From Bugula neritina (Eukaryota; Animalia; Bryozoa): a DNA stretch of 64,000 nt. The DNA lies in NCBI GenBank assembly GCA_964035545.1, contig OZ037765.1:22319504-22383503 (forward strand), given 5' to 3'. Below are positions 28,137 to 39,400 of this stretch, piece by piece. The translations under genes and the position numbers were made by a program. The notes beneath the pieces are model-generated. The model saw only the letters and a program-made list of their open reading frames with translations. It ran no database searches and had not been told where the DNA came from. Numbering within the stretch: the first letter of the stretch is position 1; every line of letters starts with the position of its first letter.

Positions 28137-28280
28137 ACAGTGGAGAGGGAGTGAATAGTGGAGAAGAAATAAAGAGTGGAGCAGAATCAAATAGTGGAGT
28201 TTGGAGAAGAATCAAATAGTGGAGAAAAGTGAATAGTGGAGCAGAATCAAATAATAGAGGGGAGCCAAACAGTGGAGAGT
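28137..28280 (+). repeat. Purine-rich ~18-bp tandem repeat (core AGTGGAG) in the LTR-element leader
   Basis: Ten GGAG motifs between 28142 and 28277; units such as agtggagcagaatcaaat. Confidence 0.85.
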
Positions 28281-28532
28281 AACTAAAAGTTTATTCGAGA
28301 TACATTTGACTTTGTGGAGTTTATTTTGTGTTATCAGGAGAGTAAGAGTAGTAGTTAGCGGAGTGACAGTGAAATATTAATATTATTATTTATAATTCGG
28401 TTAGAGTATTAGATTTGATAAATTCAAATTTAATATTAGGTTTAAGGATTAATTAAGGGTTATACTTATTGAGCTTTCTGGTAGTGATAATTAAAATTTT
28501 AAATTTTATATCACGCTCACATTCAGATCATA

Positions 28533-30011
28533 ATGGCAACTAACACTAGCTTCACCGACCTCAATCGGTTTCCTAAGTTAGTTTTGAGCTCTGATAATCA
28601 GAGTGATTGTTTTAAGAAATGGTTGGTAAAATACAACCTGTCAGTTCGATTAGCAACCCTTGAAATGGGTACTGAAATGCTGTCCAGTATTGCAGTAAAT
28701 AGATTTAGAGGTGAAGCTAAGTTTCTAGCTCTGCTCAATGCCATTGGAGATGAGGGTATTGATGTGTTACAATCTTTAGGATTTGATCTCGAAAGAAATG
28801 ATGATAATGCTCATAATGATGCTTTAAATTTGTTGAAAGGTCACTATGAGAAAACAGAAAATGTTCATGTGGCTTGGGTTAAGGCAGCAACTTTGTCTCA
28901 AACATGCGGCGAAGATGAGTTAGAGTATTTGCTACGTGTTGAGAAACATAGTAGAAATTTAGGATTTGTTGAAGGGGCTAATGTGGAAGACCTTAGACAA
29001 AGGTTTGCTATTAGTATGGCAGTAGTTGGTTTAAGAGATGAATATCTTAGAAGACAACTTATGCTTAATGAAAATATCACTTGGAAAGCGTTGTCTGATA
29101 TTTTGAAGACTAGGAATATTGCTAGAGAATCTGCTGCAATGGTTTCTGAGGTTAGATATAGTAGTTCTAATTTGAATAATAACTTTGCTAACATAGCTGA
29201 AGTTAGAACTAAGTCTGATAGAGTAACGAACAGAAGGTCATCTTACTATGATAATGATAGACATAAAGGTAGATATAGTTCTAGAGATAGTAGTCGAGAT
29301 TATCCTCGCCACAAGTCTCCAGACTATAGGAGTCGACATAGAGCTAGCAGTAATGGTAGTAGTAGCAGTTCAGACAGTTTATGTTATGTTTGTCATAAAC
29401 CTGAGCATGTTGCTAGGAATTGTCCGAAAATAAGATGTTATGCATGTGGAAAACATGCCCACATAGCAAGAGACTGTAGAATGCGTAGGTCTTACAAGGA
29501 CAAAGATTACTCTAGTAGAAGTAACTATAGAAGTCAAAGGAGTAGTAGCTCAGATAGAGAATGGTCAGTGGATAGTAAAGATAGTTCTTCCTGGAGATCA
29601 CCTAGAACTAGAGCTGTCAGCTCTAGTAAGGTTAGATTTATTGATAGTGAACCATACGATAGAGCCGAAACATGGAAACAGAATCTTAGTGTTAATGATA
29701 GAAATATTGAGTTTGTTTTAGATACTGGTGCAGATGTGTCTACAATTACTGAAGACACAAGTAAAACATTAGCACTTAAGCTTCACAAAAGTGATAGAGT
29801 TTTGAAGAGTGCCGACAACTCCCAGCTCTCAGTGTTAGGCAAAGCTGAGGTTGTTTTAGAAAGCAAGTTCAAGAAAACAGTAACTAACCTGTATGTTATT
29901 AAAGGTTCTAAGTCTAATATACTGGGTTTGAAGGAATTGAAGAACCATAGTCTGTTAACTGTAGTTAGCACTGAGGCTCAGTTGGTTTCTTGGAGAAATA
30001 CATTGAAGTAG
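28533..30011 (+). CDS. gag: Gag-aspartic protease polyprotein (492 aa)
   Basis: Intact ORF with a capsid-like N-terminal half, two CCHC knuckles (CYVCHKPEHVARNC, CYACGKHAHIARDC), RS-rich linkers and a retropepsin (FVLDTGADVS...NILG). It stops about 25 aa after the protease. Confidence 0.92.
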   Translation: MATNTSFTDLNRFPKLVLSSDNQSDCFKKWLVKYNLSVRLATLEMGTEMLSSIAVNRFRGEAKFLALLNAIGDEGIDVLQSLGFDLERNDDNAHNDALNLLKGHYEKTENVHVAWVKAATLSQTCGEDELEYLLRVEKHSRNLGFVEGANVEDLRQRFAISMAVVGLRDEYLRRQLMLNENITWKALSDILKTRNIARESAAMVSEVRYSSSNLNNNFANIAEVRTKSDRVTNRRSSYYDNDRHKGRYSSRDSSRDYPRHKSPDYRSRHRASSNGSSSSSDSLCYVCHKPEHVARNCPKIRCYACGKHAHIARDCRMRRSYKDKDYSSRSNYRSQRSSSSDREWSVDSKDSSSWRSPRTRAVSSSKVRFIDSEPYDRAETWKQNLSVNDRNIEFVLDTGADVSTITEDTSKTLALKLHKSDRVLKSADNSQLSVLGKAEVVLESKFKKTVTNLYVIKGSKSNILGLKELKNHSLLTVVSTEAQLVSWRNTLK

Positions 30012-30100
30012 CAGTAGTGACTTCTAGCACTTAGTTATAGCTAGGGAAATTACCAGTGGGTGACCTAGGTCAAACACCTGGTAAAGCGGATGCGCAGGAA

Positions 30101-30268
30101 GTCCACCTTGGTGGCACAGTATTAGCCCACCCTGGTGGTGCTAAAGATGATCACTTCGGTGATCAAGTTCACGACCACTCTGGTGGTCAGGTTATTGTTC
30201 ACTCCGGTGGTCAGGCTAAAGTCCACTTCGGTGGCAATTTTGGGAACCACTTTGGTGGTAAACCAAAT
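30101..30268 (+). repeat. Seven 24-bp tandem units, each with a CAC-YYYG-GTG hairpin, in the LTR-element trailer
   Basis: Units start at 30101, 30125, 30149, 30173, 30197, 30221 and 30245, with no indels. Confidence 0.88.
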
Positions 30269-30484
30269 TGTGTACTGTACATAGAGGTTGGTATTTTGTG
30301 TTATCAGCCTAACTGGTATTTTGGTGTTGCTGCTCAGCCTGACAAACCACTCAGTTCCATGTGTTACTTTATACTGCTAAATTCCTCAAAGGGGAGCATG
30401 GAATATTATGTACTCAATTCCATGTTTTGCTTTCTATTAAATCCCCAAAAGGGGAGCATGGAATATTAAGTGGTTCATCTCTAT

Positions 30485-30497
30485 AAAAGGGAGGGCA
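30485..30497 (+). promoter_or_regulatory. Polypurine tract
   Basis: aaaagggagggca directly abuts the 3' LTR. Confidence 0.85.
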
Positions 30498-30692
30498 TGG
30501 AATATAATGCGGTTTATAGTCTTTAGCAGATAAGCTACAAGCTAACCTGAGGTGATTGGCTAACTGCCTTACAAGCATTCGGATTTCCTACCAGCTTGTA
30601 CGGCTTGGATATTGGCTATTGTGAGAGTGAAAGTAAAGACTGCACGAGGGACTCTAACACAGACTGTCGAGTAAGTAGGACCTTATATTACA
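30498..30692 (+). repeat. 3' LTR
   Basis: Identical to 27912-28106, preceded by the PPT and followed by TSD ATCAT. Confidence 0.95.
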
Positions 30693-30697
30693 ATCAT

Positions 30698-31450
30698 AAC
30701 GATAATTATTTACAATCACAATGATAATATCAATACTAACAGTAATACTAATACTAATAGTATTAGTGTTAGTATTACTATTATTAATACAAATACTAAT
30801 AGCCAATGGAAATCGCCATTATGATTATCATTATGATTATGATTAAATTTAATATTATTATAATTTATAATAATAATAATGATTATCGTGATCATCATGA
30901 TTTATTCATCAATCAATTACTTGCAGTTGCAGTCAATATCAATATAGGTTAAACATAGAACTAAAAGCCAAAAGTTAAAGTGAGGCCTGGAGCCTCAGGC
31001 TGAACTTGGAGCCTGGAAGTAGAGGTTTTGCTAAAATGTTAGTACAAACACAAATTCAAACTCAAACTGAAACCATAAACTTAAAAATAAAATCAAAATG
31101 TGACTTAAAAGTTAAAAGTAAATCTAACAGTAATGAGTAACTATAAGTATAAGATTAAGTATAGTGTGTACAGATACTTATACTATAACTATAAGTATAA
31201 GTATAACTAAGTATAACTATAAGTATAATTATTACTATTACTAGTAATACTATTAGTATAACATTAACTATAACAGTATAAGTATAAGTCTAAGTCAAAG
31301 TGTAACATTAACACTGTAACATCAACAGTAACAGAAACATTTCATTATAACTTCCTTACAATAATATAGAGTAAATATAGGTGAAAAAGTTTCCTTTCTC
31401 ATATAATTATGATAATCATAATGAATATGAAAGGCACAGTGGTAGTCATA
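30698..31450. repeat. Low-complexity AAT/AGT/AGTATA tract
   Basis: Runs of taataa, gatta and aagtat (taagtataac) units. This explains the spurious ORFs 30716-30898 and 31409-31630. Confidence 0.75.
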
Positions 31451-31530
31451 ATCATAAGGTCAAGAGGGAATCCAGCATTCACCGGTTACAAGTACTTTCT
31501 ACTAAAAAATGCATATATTGGACAACTCAC

Positions 31531-31630
31531 AAATAATATCTGCTTTCCGGATTTTAAACTCTTATTTGGAATCTCGATTTATCTTCTCAATATGTTTTGG
31601 GCTAAGGTACGATCATGCTTGGGTACATGA
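31531..31630 (-). other. Candidate non-coding first exon (5' UTR) of MIC60
   Basis: The ATG exon is preceded by an acceptor (tgcatacag, AG at 26410-26409), which implies an upstream exon. A consensus donor GTGAGT lies at 31530 on the minus strand, following a short, relatively CpG-containing stretch. The 5' boundary is approximate. Confidence 0.4.
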
Positions 31631-33421
31631 CAACTTATTTATTTCTTACAATAATCTCACACTAATCCATTTTAATATTAATACATAAAGTGCAATAAAT
31701 CAATAAGGAACATCAATGATAATCTAAAAAACCTTTGATTTTCAACCAAACAATATTCTATAACCTAAGAACTAAGCAATGCTTCTTTTTTCGAAAAACC
31801 AGTTAAAAGAACTTGAACATTGCAATGTTACTTTTCTTTGAGATACAGCCTTTTTATTGAAAAAGATGCTCATTTCTGGTAGTATGAGTTTGACCCAACA
31901 AAAAATTGTAATTGACATGAAGAATGAAAATTACATGATAATTCGCTATTCTTCAGGAGATATAATTAAGCAAATTTAGGCAGTTGGTGAAAAAATATGA
32001 GGAACGAGTAGAATATATAATTGCATTATAATTTCTATTATACTGGTGGTACAAAATTAATGACTTTGGATCTCCATCTTCTAGCACTTTACAAAATAAA
32101 AATTAATGTTTTATGGGTTTCATATGCATGTTAGTGAGACTGCCAAATATAAAAACATGATTTTCTTTAATTAAACTGCAATTACATAGACCAAAGAACC
32201 TTAATTTTTTAACTTTAAAAAGTTGAAAATCATGTAAAAATTTCAGAACTTACTGGTAAAGATCACAATGATGAACATATAAAGAAAGATGAACACGTGC
32301 AAATAATTTACTATATATTTTATGAGGTACTTTATATATTATCTAAACTCTCTTTAGCTTTTAGAAAAGTTCTACGGAGCAGGTTGTCTGCAACTAAGTA
32401 GGTAGGAGGCAAATGCTTCGCTAACTAATCTTAAAACATCAGCAAAGCAGAAGCATATTATTATAAGTTTTATAATGGAAAAATAGTGAAAGATTATGCA
32501 AGGGATGTTGAACATCCTAGCTTCTAGTCTATAATGAAATGCTTTTAGTTTCTTATAATATAGAAATAATAGAATGTTAACTTTCCAAAAAGGTTGAATC
32601 CATGCAGCCAATTATCTTGTGGCTTAAAATTTGTTTGTAATGAAATCTTCCTTTTTGAGCTGATAATACATATCATCACCCTTGAAAAGATGAACCTGTT
32701 TCAATTTAATTGTTTTAACTAATATAGTTTTGATATAGACATTATGTATTCATTGGCAATCATATATTATTTTGCTTTCAAAAAGCTATAGCGGTTGGCA
32801 ATTTTATACTATAATATATACATGTATATAATTGACCATATTACAAAATGGTTTCTGTGTAGTTTTCAATGGGTTCAGTAAATGTAGTTATAGGCTCACT
32901 TTAATTTCAAAAATAATTTTTAAGAAGCACCCTAAAGGTGTTTGAAGTTAAATATTCATTTTGATTTTAGTAGATTTACAGATTAGCATACAAGATTATG
33001 ATTCATATTTATTCCAATGGTACTTCAAGCCTAGTTTAAATAAAAATAGACAAAGGTGTGAAATCTGTCAATTTATTGCAAATGGAATGCATTGAACCAT
33101 AAATGGACATTGCAGCTTTAAAAATATACAAATTAAGTTTTGAGTATAAAAAGTTGAAACGAAAGCCAAATGATAATACAAATTCTATTGATTGTATATT
33201 AATGATTGGCTGATAGTGTTTCCAAATACTCACAAAATCAGCTTTTATTTAAAATAAACAAAATCAAGTTACTAATCGATTGCCTATTCAACTGCTAGTT
33301 GCTAATGTCAAATGCTAGCTAAGCATTTACTGTGTAAAATAATAAAATATCTCGAAGAAAAAAATAATTTACTCTGTATAATACTAGTATACTGATCAGC
33401 AGGTAATTAATATCGTGATAG

Positions 33422-36400
33422 TTAAACATCAGCAGTTTCTCCTTGCGTAAGAGCAGCCAATAGATTATCTTTTGTTCGTACAAACAGTTTGCCTTTGACC
33501 CAAGGGTTTTGCAAATGTAACAGCCTGTAGTCATCTCTGAGCACTCTTTCTCTTGGGCCAATCACAGCAACAAGACAGAAATTCTGCAGCTGTGAGTCAA
33601 CATAAGTAGGGCCGCCTAATCCTTTCCGAATTACTTCCTTGTTTAGCTGCATAATAACCAAATCGATGACCTCTCGGGAGGTAGTCTTTGGTGTTACATG
33701 CAGCATGACGCTAGTTCCTCTTGTAAGTCCACTCTCATAGGCTGCGTACACTCTTAAAATTCCAGGTTTGGGTTGCTCGTGTATTACAGACGCTTTGTTG
33801 GAACATTCTTGTTCGGAGTCGTGTCCATTGTTATTATTTGTGTTACTTTGCATTTGTGCTGCCGGGTAGTTAAAAATAGGGAGAGGTTTATCGCTTCCAG
33901 TGCTGCCTCCTAATGATATTTTATCGCTGTGGTAACCTTCATCCAGGTTCTTGCCCACATAATCTCCAAAACCCTTAGAGTTTGATGATTGTTCTGCAAT
34001 AGAGTTACTGAGTTGAGATATTTTCAAGCCAGGAGTTGTCCCATCTCTGCCTCGTGCATATGAAATAGCATCTGCTAACCATCTAGTTGATTTCCACACA
34101 TCTTCAAGTTGATGGTGATATGTTCTAGCAGATTCTACTAGTTTCCTGCTGCTATCTATCTCTTCATTAGAAAAAGCCTAAAAATTAAACATATAAATAT
34201 TTTTGCTTGCAGTACATAATTGTCTAGTCTACCATCAGTTTTCATAAAACATGACACATTTTATTTCAAGCATACTAAAAGTGGTTTATCAAGTACAGAG
34301 TTGAAGCTCATAGCGTTAAATGAAGTGAATACATACCTCTCTCTGAAGCTGCTGAGCCAGAACAAGCTGAGAGTCTATCAAACATGCCGACTTGCAGAAC
34401 TCACTAATGAACTCTCCCTGGTACGTCTGCAGGTGTATCATCTCAAAGGCTCTGATAGGTATTTCCATATACTCTGAGCTGGAGCCAGAGGCAGCTGCTG
34501 AATCTACAAGACAATACAAATAATTATTTACATAATAATGTATAATAATAATTTGTGTATAGTATAATAATGATAATAAGAGTATAGTGATTTATATTAT
34601 ATATAACTCATGCAAGTTCATAGTCACTATCCCTTTGAGAACCCAATACTAATGGAAAGGTCTTTTTAAGGCAGGCTAAAAACTTGGTTTTCTATTGTGG
34701 CACATGAGCAACTATGACTGGATGCTTTTCCTAACATTACTGCCAGTGTTCGGGAACCACTGACCTCGTGTTTACTAGGCCAGAGCTCTAACCACTACAG
34801 CACAGCTGCTCCAAGTTTATATTATATACCTGTTAATATCACATGTTAAAAAACACACTACACAGTACACATATGACCGCATGATGCTTATTAATGCTTG
34901 TGTATATGTCACCCATTGTTACAAACTAAAATGCTGTTTTACTAGCAGACATCTTTAGGTTCGAGACCATTTTATTTTTTAAAAAGATAACCTACCATTA
35001 GCCTGAGTCTTGACATTACACACCAGCTCTCTGGGGGGCATAAGTAAGAGAAATGATACAGCCTCAGAGAATTCTAGCACTTCCACATCATACACACGGT
35101 GATCACCAAGTTGCTGAGGTGAAAGTTCTAAGAAAGAATAAAATAATCCTAATATGTAAACAAAATTATATAATAAAAATTATAGTTTAACATTGATTCA
35201 ATGTTTCAAAGCTTATTATTACACATAAATGTTTCAGCAACCTGCTTCCCAAATTTTCTGCTAACTCAGCTTGAAAAGTTTTCAATGCCAAAAAATTTAT
35301 AAAAAAACTTTTTTATGTATGTCTAACAGGTGACAAAAAATATTTAAAACAGAAAAATTTACCTAATTTATTCGCCAACTTCTTCACAGATTTGACCAAC
35401 TGTTTTTTAAAGAGGAGTACATCAGGTGAATCTGGTTTAACTTTGCCACGAGAAAGATCAAGTATAGATTTCCACTCAGGCCTTGAGACATTGGGACAGT
35501 CTCGGATCTTGATATATGGCAACACACTGGGGTTGCTTTCCGGAGCAAGCACTCTCACCGACTCTGTGTTAAACTTTATGTTCAGGTAGCCCAAGTATAA
35601 TCCTTTAGACAGCGGTTTCCTGCTCACTTGGTTGAAAAAAATCATCTCCTACAAAAAAGCAGCATATTTTAAACTTGTTCCAAAAAATTAAAAAAAAAAT
35701 CAAATGTTAATTTATAAGCTATAATGCTATGGTTATATATGTAAAATTATGCAAAAATATTTGTATATTGTGTATAGGAATTTAAAATGTTGCTTTGACA
35801 TGACCGGTCAGTTTATCACTTGTACTTATAATATTGATTCACAGTATTTCTGTCAACACTAGAATTTTACAGGACATATCAGATCGAACAAGTTGTACCC
35901 TGTTTAATATAACTTGATAGTAGTCTACCAAAGGCGAGATTTATCAATTTCATTGAACTGTGACACTTACGTTGAGCATAGATAGTAGAGGGTCAGAAGG
36001 CTGAGAATTTTTCATGAGTTTGTTATGGGATTGCCATTTCACAGCACTGGTGATGTTTCCCATTTGCTTTGGGTCAGTCATGTGGTTTACAACTGCTATT
36101 ACTGCACTGCCATTGCCATCATAAATTGGTTTATAAAACAAGTGGCCCAGTTCTTGCATGCCGATCAACTCCTAAATAGACAAACATATTCACTCTGCTA
36201 CATGTAAATTAGCTATTAGCATTACATCACCTGAGTATGATCATAGAGGAAAACTTAGTACAGCACCAAAAGGTGGGGTTGAGTCATTATGACTTGAATT
36301 AACATTGGAATTTTGCATAGAATTCTAATGACTAACTCTGAGCATTGGCTTAACAAAGATTCAAGTTGATAGGTGAATGATATTAAAAAGGTGCTCATTA

Positions 36401-39400
36401 TCTTCACCATAAAGAAAGGATAGCCAGTGCTAATAACAATGATCAAATTCTTTTGTTAGGTTTTTAAAAAATATAGATAATATCTCTAACCTGCATCTGA
36501 AGGACAGCTGTGAGCAATTGATTTTTAAGCTGCATGCTGCTCAACTCCAACTTCTCCAAGTCCTGTTTCACTTGTCTAGCCGTGTCCCAGGATGATGTCA
36601 ACACTTTCATTAGCCAATCAAATTCCGACTGCAAAGAATGGCTATTATAGTTCTCGTCCACTTCAATGATGGGGAGGTTGTCCTCTGTCGTTACCAAGAC
36701 TTTATCTTCGTTGAAGCAGATAGACACCAAATAAACGCCCCTAGTGTGGTAAAACAATTGGATATAGAATTCATTGTTAGCCTCCCTTATTTTGTACAGT
36801 ATTTAATGTCTGTAAAAATATGAAGCCTATTCCATTAGTTTTTATACAGTGTGAAAATTGGATTTAAATATAAACTCACCTCTTGAGACTTTTTTGAAAC
36901 TTAAAAGATGATGAGAAGAGCCCCCTCAACCCCCTCCGAGAAGACTTCCTGTTGCTTGGTGGAGACTCCATGCACTGCTGACCATTACTGGGAGACGAGT
37001 CTTCGCTAGGATCATGTGCAGGATTTCTACTCTTTTTAAAGTTAGTTATAATTTGATTTAATTTATGAAGTTTGAAGCTGTTTGCTCTGGACTCTAAGTT
37101 TTCAGCACCTCGCCAACCTAAAATCATTATCAGTTTTACCTGAAAAGTCTGTTCAATCATGAAACAGTTTTGTAGCATCAAGTGTATTAACTTTACCTAT
37201 TTTATTATAGCTTCTGCTTATAGCATCTCATGCGAGTTTAGCAGATTAGCAAGACAGGATGTCAAATATTTGTTTGCATTATTAAACAAATTATCTGTTG
37301 GGAAGGGATGTTTAACAAGCATTGATTTGCATGCTAATATATCTCCACACTGACTGATCAACATCAGTTTCATAAAAGAGATCAATACAACAACTGGTAC
37401 CTACACTATAAGCTGATCAAATTTCCAGAAACTGTAGACAATGCTTTAAATTTACAACAAAACCTGCTAGGAGCAATGTTAAGGCAATACATTTTGTGGA
37501 CGGTAAACCAAGGTGGGCAAGTTGCTAGTATAATAAAACAATAGTAAGCTGCAAATTCAAATAAGGGTTGGTAAGCATTGGAGTCACCTGTCTTAAAAGT
37601 GAATGAAATTTCAAGTCAAAACCTCACGACACATTACCTTTCAACAATACATTTCACTGATTACGATCAGGAATTTACTTTGTACAAAAACATGTTTACT
37701 TGTCCTATTATAAAAAGACATTGTAGTTTCCAATAGTGAATATTTTTTCTCATATATTATATGATGCATATTAATTGCCCAAATCTGTTGCCCCCAGTGG
37801 TCTTTTGTAATAAGAAAATGGTTCATTGAGTAACATAAGTTATTTGAAGATAAGAATCTCAAATGTTTGTGTTTGAGCAGAGTTGAAATGTCCAACATTT
37901 TCATCATTTTATAAAAGTTTATGGCACTGAGCCAAGTTTCTTCCAAAACTTACTAGATGGAATAGCATAAAGTGGATCAGAATAAGCTGGCCGGCCAAAT
38001 CCTTTCACATTCCAAGCGGTCACTCGGACAAAATAGGGTGTACCACACTCTAAACCAGTTATATTGTGATGAAGATTATGCATTTCATTAATTATTACTT
38101 CTCCAGCCAACGGTCTAAAGTTCTGAGCTTGGCTCCATTCAACTAAAAGTATTAAAATGTTAGTGTAAGTTTCATAGTAACTGGAATATATCTAATTTAA
38201 ATTGAATTGTGACAATAAAAAGCTTTACCTAACGTGTAATTTGTCCAAAGTGACCCAAAACACTCAATATTTAGATGCTGTATGGTACATAATTTACTGG
38301 TTTTGCAAGTGTTTTCTGTAGAGAAGCTACGTACCCTTGTATCTAGAAACAATGGCGCTGTTATTCTCTTCTGGAGTATCGAACCCAACAGAGATAGAAG
38401 AGTCACTGGTCACAGATAACTTTACATTCTGAGGTTGGCCTGGAAGCCCTGGAGGAAACAGCAGTTATATGTTTAGATATAATCTTGATAAACCACATGA
38501 CAGAAGTTACAGTTGGAAAACTGAAAACAATTGAAGACATCCACCAATCACTCAAACATTATGAGTATTACAGATGACAATCCTTTGTGTGAGTCTCCTA
38601 ATTAACATCAGACAAAAATATCACATGTCAATGTAAATCTGTCTTGAATGTTAATGCAAATAACAGAAGAGGCTAGAAATAAATATTAGTACCAGTTTGT
38701 ATATTATAATGATGTATTGCACTATGTGCTGTCTATTTTGTAATTCAAATTTATAGAAGTTCTTGGTAAATAACTGTTTTTCTTTGATCCTGTTTTAATC
38801 CAGACTATTAAGTTGCAATAACTAAGTAGCAATCAACAAAGCTAAAGATGAATTATATCTATTACCGTATTTATGTAGCAAATTAACAATTTAATTTGTT
38901 ATTAACAAGTCTGTCAAAATTACATAAATCATTGATAGAGTAAATATAAATAAATTTATGACCAGCTGAGTTGTCAACTAAATAATTGGATTGTTACATA
39001 AGAGCAGAAGCCTCTAGAGCTGCTCCTGTGCTAATTGGTGTTTATGTGAATTTAATAACTTTGATTATAGTCAGAGTGATGCTTACCAGTTTCATCATAT
39101 CCAGATCTCATTCTTCTAAAGAGCCTATGCTTGAACTCCCATTGACTAATTTTTTTCTCATCCTACAAAATATTTTTTCTCTACTTGTAGTCATTGAAGT
39201 GAGCAAATTAGAATAGTGAATAGTAAATTATGATAATTGGGCTATGCTCTTACCTTAGAAAAGACCTCAGATTAAAAAATTGCAACTAGTTATTAAAATA
39301 AGACAAACAAAGTTTGTAGTATTCCGATGAAGCCCAATTGAAGTGATTTTGGATTTCTCACAAGTAGGGTTTGGGCTCACTCTTATCTGGAATGGTGTGA

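Larger units (their letters stand above)
27912..30692 (+). mobile_element. Non-autonomous Ty3/Gypsy-like LTR retrotransposon encoding only Gag-protease (2781 bp)
   Basis: 195-bp LTRs with TG...CA ends, identical by eye. 5-bp TSD ATCAT (27907-27911, 30693-30697). PBS and PPT present. Single long ORF; no RT, RNase H or integrase. Confidence 0.95.

Noticed and set aside
28898-29971. ORFs 28898-29194, 29248-29433, 29534-29758 and 29783-29971
   Set aside because: Antisense or alternate-frame shadows of the gag-pro ORF, with no independent motifs.
30101-30268. CRISPR-like appearance of palindromic units with variable spacers
   Set aside because: Eukaryotic context, 24-bp total period with ~10-nt spacers, no cas genes, and located inside an LTR element.
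30056-30469. 137-aa Gly/His-rich ORF as a second element gene (env or pol remnant)
   Set aside because: It starts at GTG, has no env or pol motifs and is built from the 24-bp and 60-bp repeats. The compensatory base pairing favours an RNA-structure explanation, though coding is not fully excluded.
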